64,000 nucleotides of DNA. Origin: Candidatus Iainarchaeum sp. (GTDB taxonomy: Archaea; Iainarchaeota; Iainarchaeia; Iainarchaeales; JAZDFD01). Of the stretch, positions 19,657-28,574 are shown one piece after another. How positions within the stretch are numbered: the first letter of the stretch is position 1; the number at the start of each line of letters is the position of its first letter. The stretch spans positions 23,822-87,821 of the forward strand of contig JAZDFD010000012.1 of the NCBI GenBank assembly GCA_043808155.1. Reading direction: 5' to 3'. Position numbers and translations under genes: made by a program. The notes below the pieces were generated by a model, which had not been told where the DNA came from, ran no database searches, and saw only the letters and a list, made by a program, of their open reading frames with translations.

Positions 19657-19806
19657 TTATTCGGCTTCAAGTTTTTTGTCCCTTTCTTCAAGCCACTTGT
19701 CCCACTTTCTCTTCCACTTTGCGCTCTTGCCTGTAAAGCCACTTCTCCTTGCCCATTTAGCATTCCATCTGGCTTCCCTTCGAGAGGCTTTTTCCCCCAA
19801 TTCCAT
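19657..19806 (-). CDS. 49-aa Trp/Arg/Lys-rich microprotein
   Basis: ATG after a GGTGGA SD; MELGEKASRREARWNAKWARRSGFTGKSAKWKRKWDKWLEERDKKLEAE; fits the gap without overlaps. Confidence 0.55.
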   Translation of the reverse strand: MELGEKASRREARWNAKWARRSGFTGKSAKWKRKWDKWLEERDKKLEAE

Positions 19807-19829
19807 TTTAAATCCACCAAATAAAAATT

Positions 19830-20117
19830 TTATTTTGTTTCTTCCTCACTTATTTCTGACGGGCCAGTATCGCATTTTCTCCTTACTGAAACCCGACTGT
19901 AACCCAAAAGATTATTGCTTGCATCAAAGGTCAACTTGTATTGGCCAATGAGGTTCTGTGTGTCAGGTATTGCTTCCCTTTCAAGCACTTCAACCAATGC
20001 AACTGATTTGTTGCCTTCTTTTGTTACGCTGATTACGCTTAACGGCTTTTTATCTATCAGCTCTTTAACGTTTTCCTTAGCCAGCTTAACGATTTCATTG
20101 AATTCATTTTTTGCCAT
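19830..20117 (-). CDS. gvpO: Gas vesicle protein GvpO
   Basis: VEVLEREAIPDTQNLIGQYKLTFD...LLGYSR signature; downstream of gvpN. Confidence 0.88.
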   Translation of the reverse strand: MAKNEFNEIVKLAKENVKELIDKKPLSVISVTKEGNKSVALVEVLEREAIPDTQNLIGQYKLTFDASNNLLGYSRVSVRRKCDTGPSEISEEETK

Positions 20118-20135
20118 TTCTCATACCTCCTAACT

Positions 20136-20501
20136 TCAGGGGACATAAATGTAATGATCTCCCTTTTCCTTAACAACTTTTACTTTTTTATTTTTCCATT
20201 TACGAATGTTATCAACTAAATTGTACTCCTCCGGAGAATCTGTTAATTTGTAGTAAGTTAAAAATTTCGCAAGCTTCTCCCTTCTTAACTTGGCAATGTG
20301 ATTCGGGGTTTGCAATGAAAAAGTTCCGTCTGCTTTCAGGCAGGTGAAAAAAGTTTCCTTTACATTTTCACCGCCTTTTATTTTTGCTGTAACAACAATT
20401 GCATCAGTGTCATTGAATGTAAGGCATTTGGGCTTGCGTTTCCATAAATCAAATACTTTGTAAATCTTTGCATCTTGAATCACTGCATTTTTTTCTTCCA
20501 A
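20136..20501 (-). CDS. Hypothetical protein between gvpN and gvpO
   Basis: 121 aa ORF tightly packed in the operon. Confidence 0.65.
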   Translation of the reverse strand: MEEKNAVIQDAKIYKVFDLWKRKPKCLTFNDTDAIVVTAKIKGGENVKETFFTCLKADGTFSLQTPNHIAKLRREKLAKFLTYYKLTDSPEEYNLVDNIRKWKNKKVKVVKEKGDHYIYVP

Positions 20502-20507
20502 ATTAAT

Positions 20508-21572
20508 TCACCATTTGTGCAAGTTTAATTTATCGATTGCGGTTTTAATTAATGCCCCTTTCTGCTCCAAGTCCACTGAATCCTTTGTCTTTGAAGCAAT
20601 TGCATCAAAGCATAATTGCTCAAACAAATCCGTGCTCATGCCGTTTGTTACTCTAATTGCATGGGCAAGCATTATCGCTGGTCTTGTTCCTGGGGCTTCG
20701 GTTCCCTTCAGAGTTTCCCTCAAGTGCCTGACTACTCCAACTATTTTTTTAGCATCTGCGTCAGCAATTTTGGCGTGGGCCTTAACTATTGCAACTTCAG
20801 TTGCCTCGTCATAGTAGTCCATGTAAATTGCGCAAATTCTGTCCAGCAAAGCATCTTGCGGCTGGTGTACGCCGGCATACTCAGTATTGTTTGAGGTTAA
20901 AATCAGATTGAAATCAGGGTGCACTTTTATGTAGCGATCTTCACCAAACTTTGTTGGCAGTTCAAGAATTCCTTCTTCTAAAATCGAAAGCAAAATGTTA
21001 TTTGCCTCCGGCTTTGACCTGCTGAACTCATTATAAATCAGGGTATAGCCTTTCTGGCAGGCTAATGCCAAAGGGTTGTTAACCCACTGCGGCTCAATAA
21101 TGTCCTCACTTTTGTAAACATTGTGAATGTACTTATCCCTCAGGCTTTTCATTTCAATTCTTGAGTAGCCGCCAATTAACTCATGAGTTGTAAGCTGTTC
21201 ATCCCCGTTAATCCAAACTGCGGGCTTTCCCAGCTTTTCAGCAATGTGAATTGCCAAAGCAGTTTTTCCACAGCCTGTTGGACCAATAATATGCACGGGA
21301 TAGCCGGCCTTAATCCACAAAAGAGCCCTGTCCTCATATTTTTTAACTGCATCTGTTAAAACAAAATTTTTCGATTCTGGGGTTAAAAACTTTGCTTCAA
21401 CAATCTGGGTTTCCTCCAGCTTGTAAGTTTTCTCAATATCTCTTTCCCTTACTGCTGATTTTTTTCTTTCAACAGTCTGCTGTTTTTTTCTTTCCTCCTG
21501 CGTATGATGAACTGATTTCCCTCTAGTAGTTCTCGGATGTGTTTCTACATATGTCATTTCTTTAACCCCCAT
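20508..21572 (-). CDS. gvpN: Gas vesicle AAA+ ATPase GvpN
   Basis: GYPVHIIGPTGCGKT, TLIYNEFSRSKPEANNILL, EYAGVH..QDALLDR. Confidence 0.93.
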   Translation of the reverse strand: MGVKEMTYVETHPRTTRGKSVHHTQEERKKQQTVERKKSAVRERDIEKTYKLEETQIVEAKFLTPESKNFVLTDAVKKYEDRALLWIKAGYPVHIIGPTGCGKTALAIHIAEKLGKPAVWINGDEQLTTHELIGGYSRIEMKSLRDKYIHNVYKSEDIIEPQWVNNPLALACQKGYTLIYNEFSRSKPEANNILLSILEEGILELPTKFGEDRYIKVHPDFNLILTSNNTEYAGVHQPQDALLDRICAIYMDYYDEATEVAIVKAHAKIADADAKKIVGVVRHLRETLKGTEAPGTRPAIMLAHAIRVTNGMSTDLFEQLCFDAIASKTKDSVDLEQKGALIKTAIDKLNLHKW

Positions 21573-21758
21573 TGTAAATTTTTATCATTAAGTTTTCCCA
21601 ACTGCTAAATATTATATGTATCGCTAATTTAAACATAACGGAAACAAAAAAAATTATCGGAAAGTTAAGCCAGCAGAAAAACCTAAATATGTGTCCCATA
21701 TGTCCCAACACCCAAAAATAAAAAAAGAGAAAAGCCAAGCAAAGAGAGACACTAGTTG

Positions 21759-22130
21759 TTACTCTTTAACATGGCCGTGGTAGAACCGATCAATGAATTT
21801 CTCTGTGTCCTTTTCTAAAGCCCTTATGCTGGCATGCATTATGTTAACGCCTTTCTCTATTTCTCTAGTTTTTTCTCTTATGCCAGCTTTTACTGCATCG
21901 ATACCTTTTTCAATTTCCTTTACGGCTGCTGTGTTTTCTCGCTCCTGTGCTCTAATGCCAGCAACTACTTCCGAAGTGCCTTTCTCCATTGCCTTTACTG
22001 CTGCTTCATTTTCTCTTGCTTGCCTTTCAAATGATTCCAGATGTTTTTTTACACAAGTTACTTTCTCTTTTTCCCTATGTTTTACTCTGTGCTTTACCTT
22101 ATGTCTGGTTTTAAGTTTCTTTCTAGCCAT
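21759..22130 (-). CDS. GvpC-like helical repeat protein
   Basis: Lies between gvpA and gvpN; repeated amphipathic units RENxAAVKxxEKG...AGIR; sequence not recognisably canonical GvpC. Confidence 0.6.
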   Translation of the reverse strand: MARKKLKTRHKVKHRVKHREKEKVTCVKKHLESFERQARENEAAVKAMEKGTSEVVAGIRAQERENTAAVKEIEKGIDAVKAGIREKTREIEKGVNIMHASIRALEKDTEKFIDRFYHGHVKE

Positions 22131-22172
22131 ACATGAACTCCTCCTTTTTTAGGTATTGGAAAAGCATTAGGC

Positions 22173-22394
22173 TTACTTTGCCGGCGCTGCTATCGCTGCT
22201 TGCTCTACCTTTGTAATCTCTTCAGCGTAGTGCAGGAACGTATCAACACTTGCTACTACAACACGAGCTTCAATAGTTAAAATTTCAATTCCAACCAATG
22301 AAATTCTTGCCCATATGTCTACCACAATTCCTTTGTCTAAAATTCTGTCCAAAACTTCTGCTAAGCTTGAAACATCAGGTCCTTGATTTACCAT
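22173..22394 (-). CDS. gvpA: Major gas vesicle shell protein GvpA
   Basis: [52 protein letters not shown]; GGAGGTG SD before the ATG at 22394. Confidence 0.97.
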   Translation of the reverse strand: MVNQGPDVSSLAEVLDRILDKGIVVDIWARISLVGIEILTIEARVVVASVDTFLHYAEEITKVEQAAIAAPAK

Positions 22395-22483
22395 AGCTTT
22401 TACACCTCCATTTTTATTGTAAAAACTTACATTAGAAATATGTAATAGGTTGCTTATATGCTGATTTAACAAATCGCGACATG

Positions 22484-22498
22484 TGTCGGAATTCGACA
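22484..22498. promoter_or_regulatory. Palindromic operator TGTCG-N5-CGACA upstream of gvpA
   Basis: TGTCGGAATTCGACA; related copies at 24269, 24299, 32942 and 33490. Confidence 0.6.
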
Positions 22499-22697
22499 TT
22501 TGGTTAAATGCCTCAAAATATTTTTACTTGCTCGCCAGGTCTTTTCTTTTAACATACGTCAAGACCTTTTCGTCATCTCGCTTGGGGCAACTGGCTCTGA
22601 GCCAAAAACACTCTCTGCTGAAAAAAATAAAAACTTTTTCTAATCATATCAATTATTAAATATTTTTGTTGCAAATTTTACATATTGAGATAAATGC

Positions 22698-23849
22698 GTG
22701 AATGAAATGGCAAAAAGTTCAATTGTTAAATTAAAGCGCCGAAATAAAGGCATCGAAGCAGATGAATTTATTAGATTTTCCAAAAAAATTCCCTTCACAC
22801 AAAAGGAGCGAATTGTTTTTTATGGCTTAGTTAAATTTCCTGACTTAAACGACCAAAAATTGTCCAAAAAATTGAAAATTAAGAGGCCGACTGTTACAGC
22901 AATCAGAAATAAGTTGAAGAGGCAAAATTTTTATTTTCCTCGCGTTATCCCAAATTTTAAATTGCTGGACTATGAGTTAATGACATTTATTTGGGGTAAT
23001 TCAAGCTACTCTGTATCATTGGAAGAAAAAAGAAAAATTTCTGCAATTAAAAACGCTATGCAATCGCCTGAAGTAGTTTTTCAAATTATAACAGATAATG
23101 AATTTTTTTCTTTACTAATTTTTAAAAACTTTACAGAATTTAAAAAAATGGAGGATGGATTTGCACACATGTATAAAAAATATTCTTCCAGGGAACGCAA
23201 TGTTAACATTGCCCATTTTCCACTTGAAACAAGCGAAATACTTTCTTTATTTGATTATTCCTTATGTTTAAAAGATTTGTTAAAATTAAAGCCTGAAGAC
23301 AAAAAGACTGCAACAAAACCAAAAACATCAAAAGCAGTGCCATTAATGGAACTGAAGGAAAGAGAAAAGGCTGTTTTAGGCGTTCTAATCAAATACCCTG
23401 GATTAAATGATGCGGAGATTGCAGAGAAAGTTAGCATCACAAGGCAAACTGCTTCAAAAATTAAAGCAGGGTTAATAAAAGAAGGGGCAATTAAACTAAT
23501 TAATGAGCCGAATTTTAAAAAAATTGGCTGTGAGTTATTTGTTGCCACGCATACTAGATTTAATCCCCAAGTTGAACCAAATAAAAGAAAGTTGTTGCTG
23601 GAAAAGCCAAAAAGCAAATGCCCCACAATAATTGACGTGGAAAGCTGTACAGAAGAAATGTGTGGCGGCTTTTTCGAAGATTACCTAAGCTTTAAAATGA
23701 CTCAAGACGATTTGGAAAAAGTTTATAGGCAAAAGGATTTGTTGTTAAGAGAACCAGTAACCCAAATAATTCCAATGCAACAAATAAAATTTTACAAAAT
23801 AGATTTTGTTCCAATTACTGAAAAAGCCTTGAATATAAAAATACCATAA
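22698..23849 (+). CDS. Tandem Lrp/AsnC-like wHTH transcriptional regulator
   Basis: Two similar halves (FPDLNDQKLSKKLKIKRPTVTAIRNKL / YPGLNDAEIAEKVSITRQTASKIKAGL), each followed by PNFK. Confidence 0.75.
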   Translation: MNEMAKSSIVKLKRRNKGIEADEFIRFSKKIPFTQKERIVFYGLVKFPDLNDQKLSKKLKIKRPTVTAIRNKLKRQNFYFPRVIPNFKLLDYELMTFIWGNSSYSVSLEEKRKISAIKNAMQSPEVVFQIITDNEFFSLLIFKNFTEFKKMEDGFAHMYKKYSSRERNVNIAHFPLETSEILSLFDYSLCLKDLLKLKPEDKKTATKPKTSKAVPLMELKEREKAVLGVLIKYPGLNDAEIAEKVSITRQTASKIKAGLIKEGAIKLINEPNFKKIGCELFVATHTRFNPQVEPNKRKLLLEKPKSKCPTIIDVESCTEEMCGGFFEDYLSFKMTQDDLEKVYRQKDLLLREPVTQIIPMQQIKFYKIDFVPITEKALNIKIP

Positions 23850-24268
23850 AAAAGGATTATTTTTTCATTTATTTTGATTTCTGCCACTCCTTTAACTCCC
23901 ACCATTTTATCAAACAGTTTCTGACAGCAAAACCTAATTCTTCATCATCAATTTTGTTAATTATTTGAAGCCTCTTTACCACCTCTTTTGGAATATTCAT
24001 TTCCAACTTTTGTTTTGCTAGCTTTTTAGTCATTTTGAAAAACCAATCCCACGGCAATTTATTTGAATTGAAAAAGAAACCGACATATCTATAATCTTAA
24101 CTTTTAGATGTTTTAAAAGCTTAATTAATAACTTTAAGTTTTAAAAAAGAAAAAAAATATAACTTAGTGATATTTTATTTATCAAATGTTGTGGTTAAAA
24201 GTATCCGAATATTAACGTAAAGCATTTAAATTCTAACATTATGATAGTATCGGGTTAATTAATATCCG

Positions 24269-24313
24269 TGTCGGATAATGACATAAATTTCAGAAATATG
24301 TCGAAGCCCGACA
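24269..24313. promoter_or_regulatory. Two TGTCG-N5-(C/T)GACA operators upstream of the gvp accessory arm
   Basis: TGTCGGATAATGACA and TGTCGAAGCCCGACA, 30 bp apart. Confidence 0.6.
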
Positions 24314-24445
24314 AAAAAGAATAAGTCTCAAAAATTAGGGGTTGGGATATTTGGCTAAATGCATAACTAATAAAGAAAAAGCAGCGAATTCTTTTTCGGA
24401 GAATGGAACATTCAAATCACAGTCTCTTTCGGGGGGGGGCAACGA

Positions 24446-25327
24446 ATGAAAAAACATGAATCCCACACCAAAAAAATCAAAACTATTTTTTCAGGCATTG
24501 GTGGGAAGAAACACATATTGCATTTATACGTTCCAACATTGGATAAGTATGCAATTCAGTCCTCTTTTCTGGGAAATAAAAAAGAAAAAGCTGCCTATGT
24601 CTCAACCGAGCAACCAGAAACTGTGCATGCACAACTTGATTCATCACACAAAAACTTGTCAATAATTTCTCCAAAGGAAATGGAAACAATTGAAAACTAT
24701 AATAAAATAATTATTGATGCAGGCTCAATCAGTTCAAAAACAATTGACACCAGCAAAAAACACAAAAGAAAAATTGGAGAAGACTTAATAATAAAGGAAT
24801 GCACAGACCACATCAAAAGGGAAAAATATTTATCAAAGCTTAAAGGTGATAAATCAATTCTCTGCACTTATGATATAAGCAAATTAACACCAAACAAAAT
24901 CAGGCAATTAGTTAAGGTCCATGACCAATTGATTTTGACAACAGACGACACAGCTGTGGTTTCATCAAAAACCCTTTCACAAGAGCATTTGAACATCAGC
25001 AGTGAATTAATCGACGAATTCCTAAAAAATGAATTAGAAACAGTTGTTTTGGCACTAATTGTAGCAAAACCGAGGTGCGGGACAGAAATCAAAAAAGCAA
25101 TCCATAAAAAATTTGGAATTCTGCTCAGCTCCGGCACGCTTTATCCCTTACTGCACAAGCTGCAAAAAAACGATTTAGTGAAATGCGAGTACGGGGTAAA
25201 AACAAAAACATACAGACCAGCTAACGGAAAAGATATTCAAATAATTTTGGATGAAAGAATGAAGGCAAAAGATTTCTTAACCAGCTTTATTCAAGCAAAC
25301 ATGGGGGGGAATAAAAAATGGCTTTAG
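24446..25327 (+). CDS. Regulator with MEDS-like N-terminus and PadR-type wHTH (GvpE position)
   Basis: ILCTYD motif; C-terminal CGTEIKKAIHKKFGILLSSGTLYPLLHKL; overlaps the gvpF start. Confidence 0.7.
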   Translation: MKKHESHTKKIKTIFSGIGGKKHILHLYVPTLDKYAIQSSFLGNKKEKAAYVSTEQPETVHAQLDSSHKNLSIISPKEMETIENYNKIIIDAGSISSKTIDTSKKHKRKIGEDLIIKECTDHIKREKYLSKLKGDKSILCTYDISKLTPNKIRQLVKVHDQLILTTDDTAVVSSKTLSQEHLNISSELIDEFLKNELETVVLALIVAKPRCGTEIKKAIHKKFGILLSSGTLYPLLHKLQKNDLVKCEYGVKTKTYRPANGKDIQIILDERMKAKDFLTSFIQANMGGNKKWL

Positions 25328-25977
25328 GTGAATATGTTTACTGTGTTATATCTAGCAAAGACACGCCAGAAGAATTTAATATTAAAGGGATGGACGGAAA
25401 TCCCATATATCCCTTAAAATATAAACTTCTTACAGCAATAGCAAGCAAAGCAGTAATGAAAGAATACAAGCCAACAGACGAAAACGTTGAAATACACAAA
25501 AATGTTGAACTGGAAGTAATGAAACACTGCTCGGTTCTGCCAGTGGCATATGGAATGGTATTCAAAAGCAGGGGCATTGTATTGGGAACAGTGAAAAAAG
25601 TTTATCCATTGCTTTGGAGAAGCCTGAAAAAAGTGGAGAATAAAGTAGAATTGGGAATCAAAGTAATTGTTCCAAAAGAAAAAAAAGAATTAGAAAAATT
25701 ATTGAACAAAAAAAGTTTGGATGAATTCAGGAAAGAATGCGAAACAGAATTCATTGAAAATTTGAGTGAAATAGCTGTAAGTACAAAAAAAGACCGCTTG
25801 TTTTCAGATAAGCTGGTTTGCAACCAGTCATTTTTAGTGGAAAAAGATAAAGTTGATACATTCACTGAAAAAGTGGGGGAATTGAGAAACAAGCACAAGT
25901 CATTGAAAATCCAGTACACTGGACCATGGCCGGCGCACAACTTTGTAAACATAAGAATAATGGGTGGAGGCAGATAA
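25318..25977 (+). CDS. gvpF: GvpF (GvpL/GvpF family)
   Basis: YVYCVI, VLPVAYG, VELGIK, YTGPWPAHNFV. Confidence 0.88.
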   Translation: MALGEYVYCVISSKDTPEEFNIKGMDGNPIYPLKYKLLTAIASKAVMKEYKPTDENVEIHKNVELEVMKHCSVLPVAYGMVFKSRGIVLGTVKKVYPLLWRSLKKVENKVELGIKVIVPKEKKELEKLLNKKSLDEFRKECETEFIENLSEIAVSTKKDRLFSDKLVCNQSFLVEKDKVDTFTEKVGELRNKHKSLKIQYTGPWPAHNFVNIRIMGGGR

Positions 25978-25979
25978 AA

Positions 25980-26282
25980 ATGGTGCTTATGGTTGATGAT
26001 TTACTTACATTGCCATTTGCATTTGTAGGCATGGAGCTCTTGCCTAATTATTTTACTATTATATTTAATGCAATATATAAACACACTCTTGAGGAAATGT
26101 ATCCCTTGGATAAAATCAATGACGCAATAAAAGAAAACCGTATGCTGTACGAGTTTGACGAACTTACAACAAAAGAATATGAGGCAACAAAAAAACAATT
26201 AATGGAAAAATTGGAGATGGCAAAAAAGGTAAGGGATATGGATTTAGGACCAAGGTTAGATATTTTGGGAATTGGTGGTTAA
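25980..26282 (+). CDS. gvpG: Gas vesicle protein GvpG
   Basis: LMVDDLL...EEMY..IKENRMLYEFDE...EY; follows gvpF. Confidence 0.8.
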   Translation: MVLMVDDLLTLPFAFVGMELLPNYFTIIFNAIYKHTLEEMYPLDKINDAIKENRMLYEFDELTTKEYEATKKQLMEKLEMAKKVRDMDLGPRLDILGIGG

Positions 26283-26284
26283 AA

Positions 26285-26848
26285 ATGGAAAGAAAAAGAA
26301 AACCTGCGAAAGGATTGTTGGATGGATTGGCAGACTTCATCCGGTTGATTGAGGAAATGGAAAAAAAGGGCTTGACTGAACAGGTGAAAAGGGGAGACTT
26401 GGAAGGGCCTTACGGCTCAAAAGTAAAATATGAGTACAGGGTAAGAACCGGTTTGGGAATAAGGCCTGGGAGCATGGAAAGGTTTGCAGGCAAACCAAGC
26501 GAACCATTTTATAGGGCAAGCAAAAGAATGCCAACCAAGGTAATAAAGCCGGAGGAAATGAAAGAAAAAGAGGAACTGGCAGAAGTAACAGAAAAAAAAG
26601 ACACAATAGAAATTACAGTTGAACTGCCCACGGTTGAAGAAAAAGACATTGATTTAAAGATAGTGAAAAACGCTTTGAAAATTACTGTTAAAAGACCTGA
26701 GGGAAAAATAGAGAAAATGATTTCAATTCCAAAAGGCAGCAAAGCAGAAAAGATTGAAAAGGCTTCATTCAAAAACGGCATACTTGAAATAACTTTAAAA
26801 AAGAAAATAAAGAAGAAAAATAAAAAGGGGGTAAAACCAAATGGTTGA
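26285..26848 (+). CDS. gvpH: GvpH-like Hsp20/alpha-crystallin domain protein
   Basis: Y..RTGLG motif; VELPTV...FKNGILEITL; follows gvpG. Confidence 0.75.
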   Translation: MERKRKPAKGLLDGLADFIRLIEEMEKKGLTEQVKRGDLEGPYGSKVKYEYRVRTGLGIRPGSMERFAGKPSEPFYRASKRMPTKVIKPEEMKEKEELAEVTEKKDTIEITVELPTVEEKDIDLKIVKNALKITVKRPEGKIEKMISIPKGSKAEKIEKASFKNGILEITLKKKIKKKNKKGVKPNG

Positions 26849-27218
26849 CGAAATCGGCAGATGGAAGGTTGGAGCTGACTCAGTGGACAGAAGGGACGTA
26901 ATAAAAGACAGAATCAGAAGGAGGGCGGAGCAAAACTTGGAAAAAAGCAGGAGAAAAATTCTGGAGCTCAGGAGAAGATACAAAATAAAAGTCAAAAGAA
27001 ACGAGGAAAAAATGAAGAAGCGCAAAAAATATGGGGAAAAGCTGGGCCCAACATGCGTTTCCCTGATGGATTCAAGGGAAAAGGCAAAACAAAAACGCTC
27101 GGCAATAGGGTCTTTGGTTCCTGAAAAACCAAAGTTCTCCCAGGCAAAAGGCCGTCCGGAAAGAATCTATGGAAAAAAATTTGAATTAAGGGAACTGAAA
27201 CAAGAGCAAAGGAGGTAA
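26841..27218 (+). CDS. Very basic protein in GvpI position
   Basis: K/R-rich, between gvpH and the gvpJ-like genes. Confidence 0.5.
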   Translation: MVDEIGRWKVGADSVDRRDVIKDRIRRRAEQNLEKSRRKILELRRRYKIKVKRNEEKMKKRKKYGEKLGPTCVSLMDSREKAKQKRSAIGSLVPEKPKFSQAKGRPERIYGKKFELRELKQEQRR

Positions 27219-27224
27219 TCCCAA

Positions 27225-27611
27225 ATGAGAAGAAAGCATGAATGGATTCGCCAAAGAAAAAAGAGGGGGGAGGGATTTTCTGAAGAAGACTCCCCAGAAG
27301 AAACTACCGAGTTTGCAGAAGAACAGGCTGAAGAAGCAACGGGAGAACCGATTGAAGAAGCAGCGGAAGAAAAAATAGGAATAGAACCATTACAAGAACA
27401 AGAGGTTGTTTTAAGACCATTGAAAATAAGTTCACAGAAAAGAAGTTTCATAACATTCAGAAAAAGAAGAAAAATTGGTGATGGCATGCTTGAAAAAGAA
27501 ATTAAAGAGCAAAAAGCCAAAGCTAAAAAAGCAATGAAAAAGCTGATAAACGAATTACCTGAAGAGCAGAGAAAAGCATTCCTTGAGGAACTCCTTGAAG
27601 AATATGAATGA
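27225..27611 (+). CDS. Hypothetical protein with acidic and basic blocks (gvp operon)
   Basis: GGAGGT SD; E-rich centre. Confidence 0.6.
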   Translation: MRRKHEWIRQRKKRGEGFSEEDSPEETTEFAEEQAEEATGEPIEEAAEEKIGIEPLQEQEVVLRPLKISSQKRSFITFRKRRKIGDGMLEKEIKEQKAKAKKAMKKLINELPEEQRKAFLEELLEEYE

Positions 27612-27627
27612 GTTTGAGTGAAACAAA

Positions 27628-27954
27628 ATGCCTAAATTAAGACCCAAAAGTTATCAATCGCACGGAGTAAAGCAAATTATTGAAAGAATGTTAGACAAGG
27701 GAGTAGTAATTAATGCAAAGATTAGAGCTTACCTTGTTGATTTTAAATTAATTGAGCTGGAAAGCATTGTTGTGCTTGCGTCGTTTGAAACTGCGGCAAA
27801 AATTGGCGTGTCTTTCCCAAAGGGTATTGATTTTGAAACAAAAGCATGGAAGGAGCTTTTAACAAAAGAAACCTGTCCTCAATGCAGGAAAAAGGTCTAT
27901 GAAGAAGAACTGCGATTAGGTTGTCCTTGGTGCAGCTATAAATTAGGAGGTTAG
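27628..27954 (+). CDS. GvpA/J/M-family protein with C-terminal zinc ribbon
   Basis: IIERMLDKGVVINA...LASFETAAK, then CPQC...CPWC. Confidence 0.82.
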   Translation: MPKLRPKSYQSHGVKQIIERMLDKGVVINAKIRAYLVDFKLIELESIVVLASFETAAKIGVSFPKGIDFETKAWKELLTKETCPQCRKKVYEEELRLGCPWCSYKLGG

Positions 27955-27961
27955 ATTTAGG

Positions 27962-28372
27962 GTGAAGGAAAAAGAGAAATTGGAAGTAATTGAATTTGAA
28001 GATGAAGAGGCATTGCAGCCGGAAAAAAGCACCCAAACAGATTCAACTCTAGCAGCAGTGATTGACAGAGTATTGGAAAAGGGGCTGGTGATAAATGCAG
28101 ACATAACTGTAAGCGTTGCTGATACGGAACTGCTTGGGATAAAAATCAGGGCAGCACTGGCAAGTTTTGAGACAGCGGCAAAATACGGCTTGCAGTTTCC
28201 TCAGGGCACGAATATGGAAACAGCAGCATGGAAAGAGGCAATAGTTGAAAAGGAAGAATGTCCAAACTGCGGAAAGAAAGTGGAAACAGAACAGCTTTTG
28301 AATAAGTCATGCTATTGGTGCGGATGGCAGTCTGCTAAATCAAAAGCTTTGAAAAAAATTGAAGTTCGTTAA
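27962..28372 (+). CDS. gvpJ: GvpJ with C-terminal zinc ribbon
   Basis: LAAVIDRVLEKGLVINADITVSVADTELLGIKIRAALASFETAAKYGLQFP, then CPNC...CYWC. Confidence 0.88.
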   Translation: MKEKEKLEVIEFEDEEALQPEKSTQTDSTLAAVIDRVLEKGLVINADITVSVADTELLGIKIRAALASFETAAKYGLQFPQGTNMETAAWKEAIVEKEECPNCGKKVETEQLLNKSCYWCGWQSAKSKALKKIEVR

Positions 28373-28574
28373 AGCTGTAAAGGTTTTTGCAATGATTGAC
28401 CCAGTTAGCCAAACAATTCTAAGGAGGATTGAAGAAAGGGTAAAAGCAGAACCAAGAGAGGGGAATATTGCCTATAGAAAGCAGTGTCCAAGGTGTATGA
28501 AATGGCAAGTAAAAGAAGTTTTAATGAAAGAAGGTTGTTTTAAATGCGGATGGAAACAAAACAAAGCAAGGTAA
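28359..28574 (+). CDS. Stand-alone zinc-ribbon microprotein
   Basis: CPRC...GCFKCGW, same spacing as the GvpJ tails; likely start 28392. Confidence 0.65.
   Translation: MKFVKAVKVFAMIDPVSQTILRRIEERVKAEPREGNIAYRKQCPRCMKWQVKEVLMKEGCFKCGWKQNKAR

Noticed and set aside
19617-19820. 67-aa ORF from the track
   Set aside because: Overlaps the next gene and has no SD; the alternative frame 19657-19806 has an ATG, an SD and fits the gap
22395-22499. N-terminal extension of GvpA in the ORF track
   Set aside because: A GGAGGTG SD supports the start at 22394; the extension covers the promoter and operator
23869-24057. 62-aa ORF between the two regulators
   Set aside because: TTG start, no SD or recognisable motif; possibly a remnant, but unsupported
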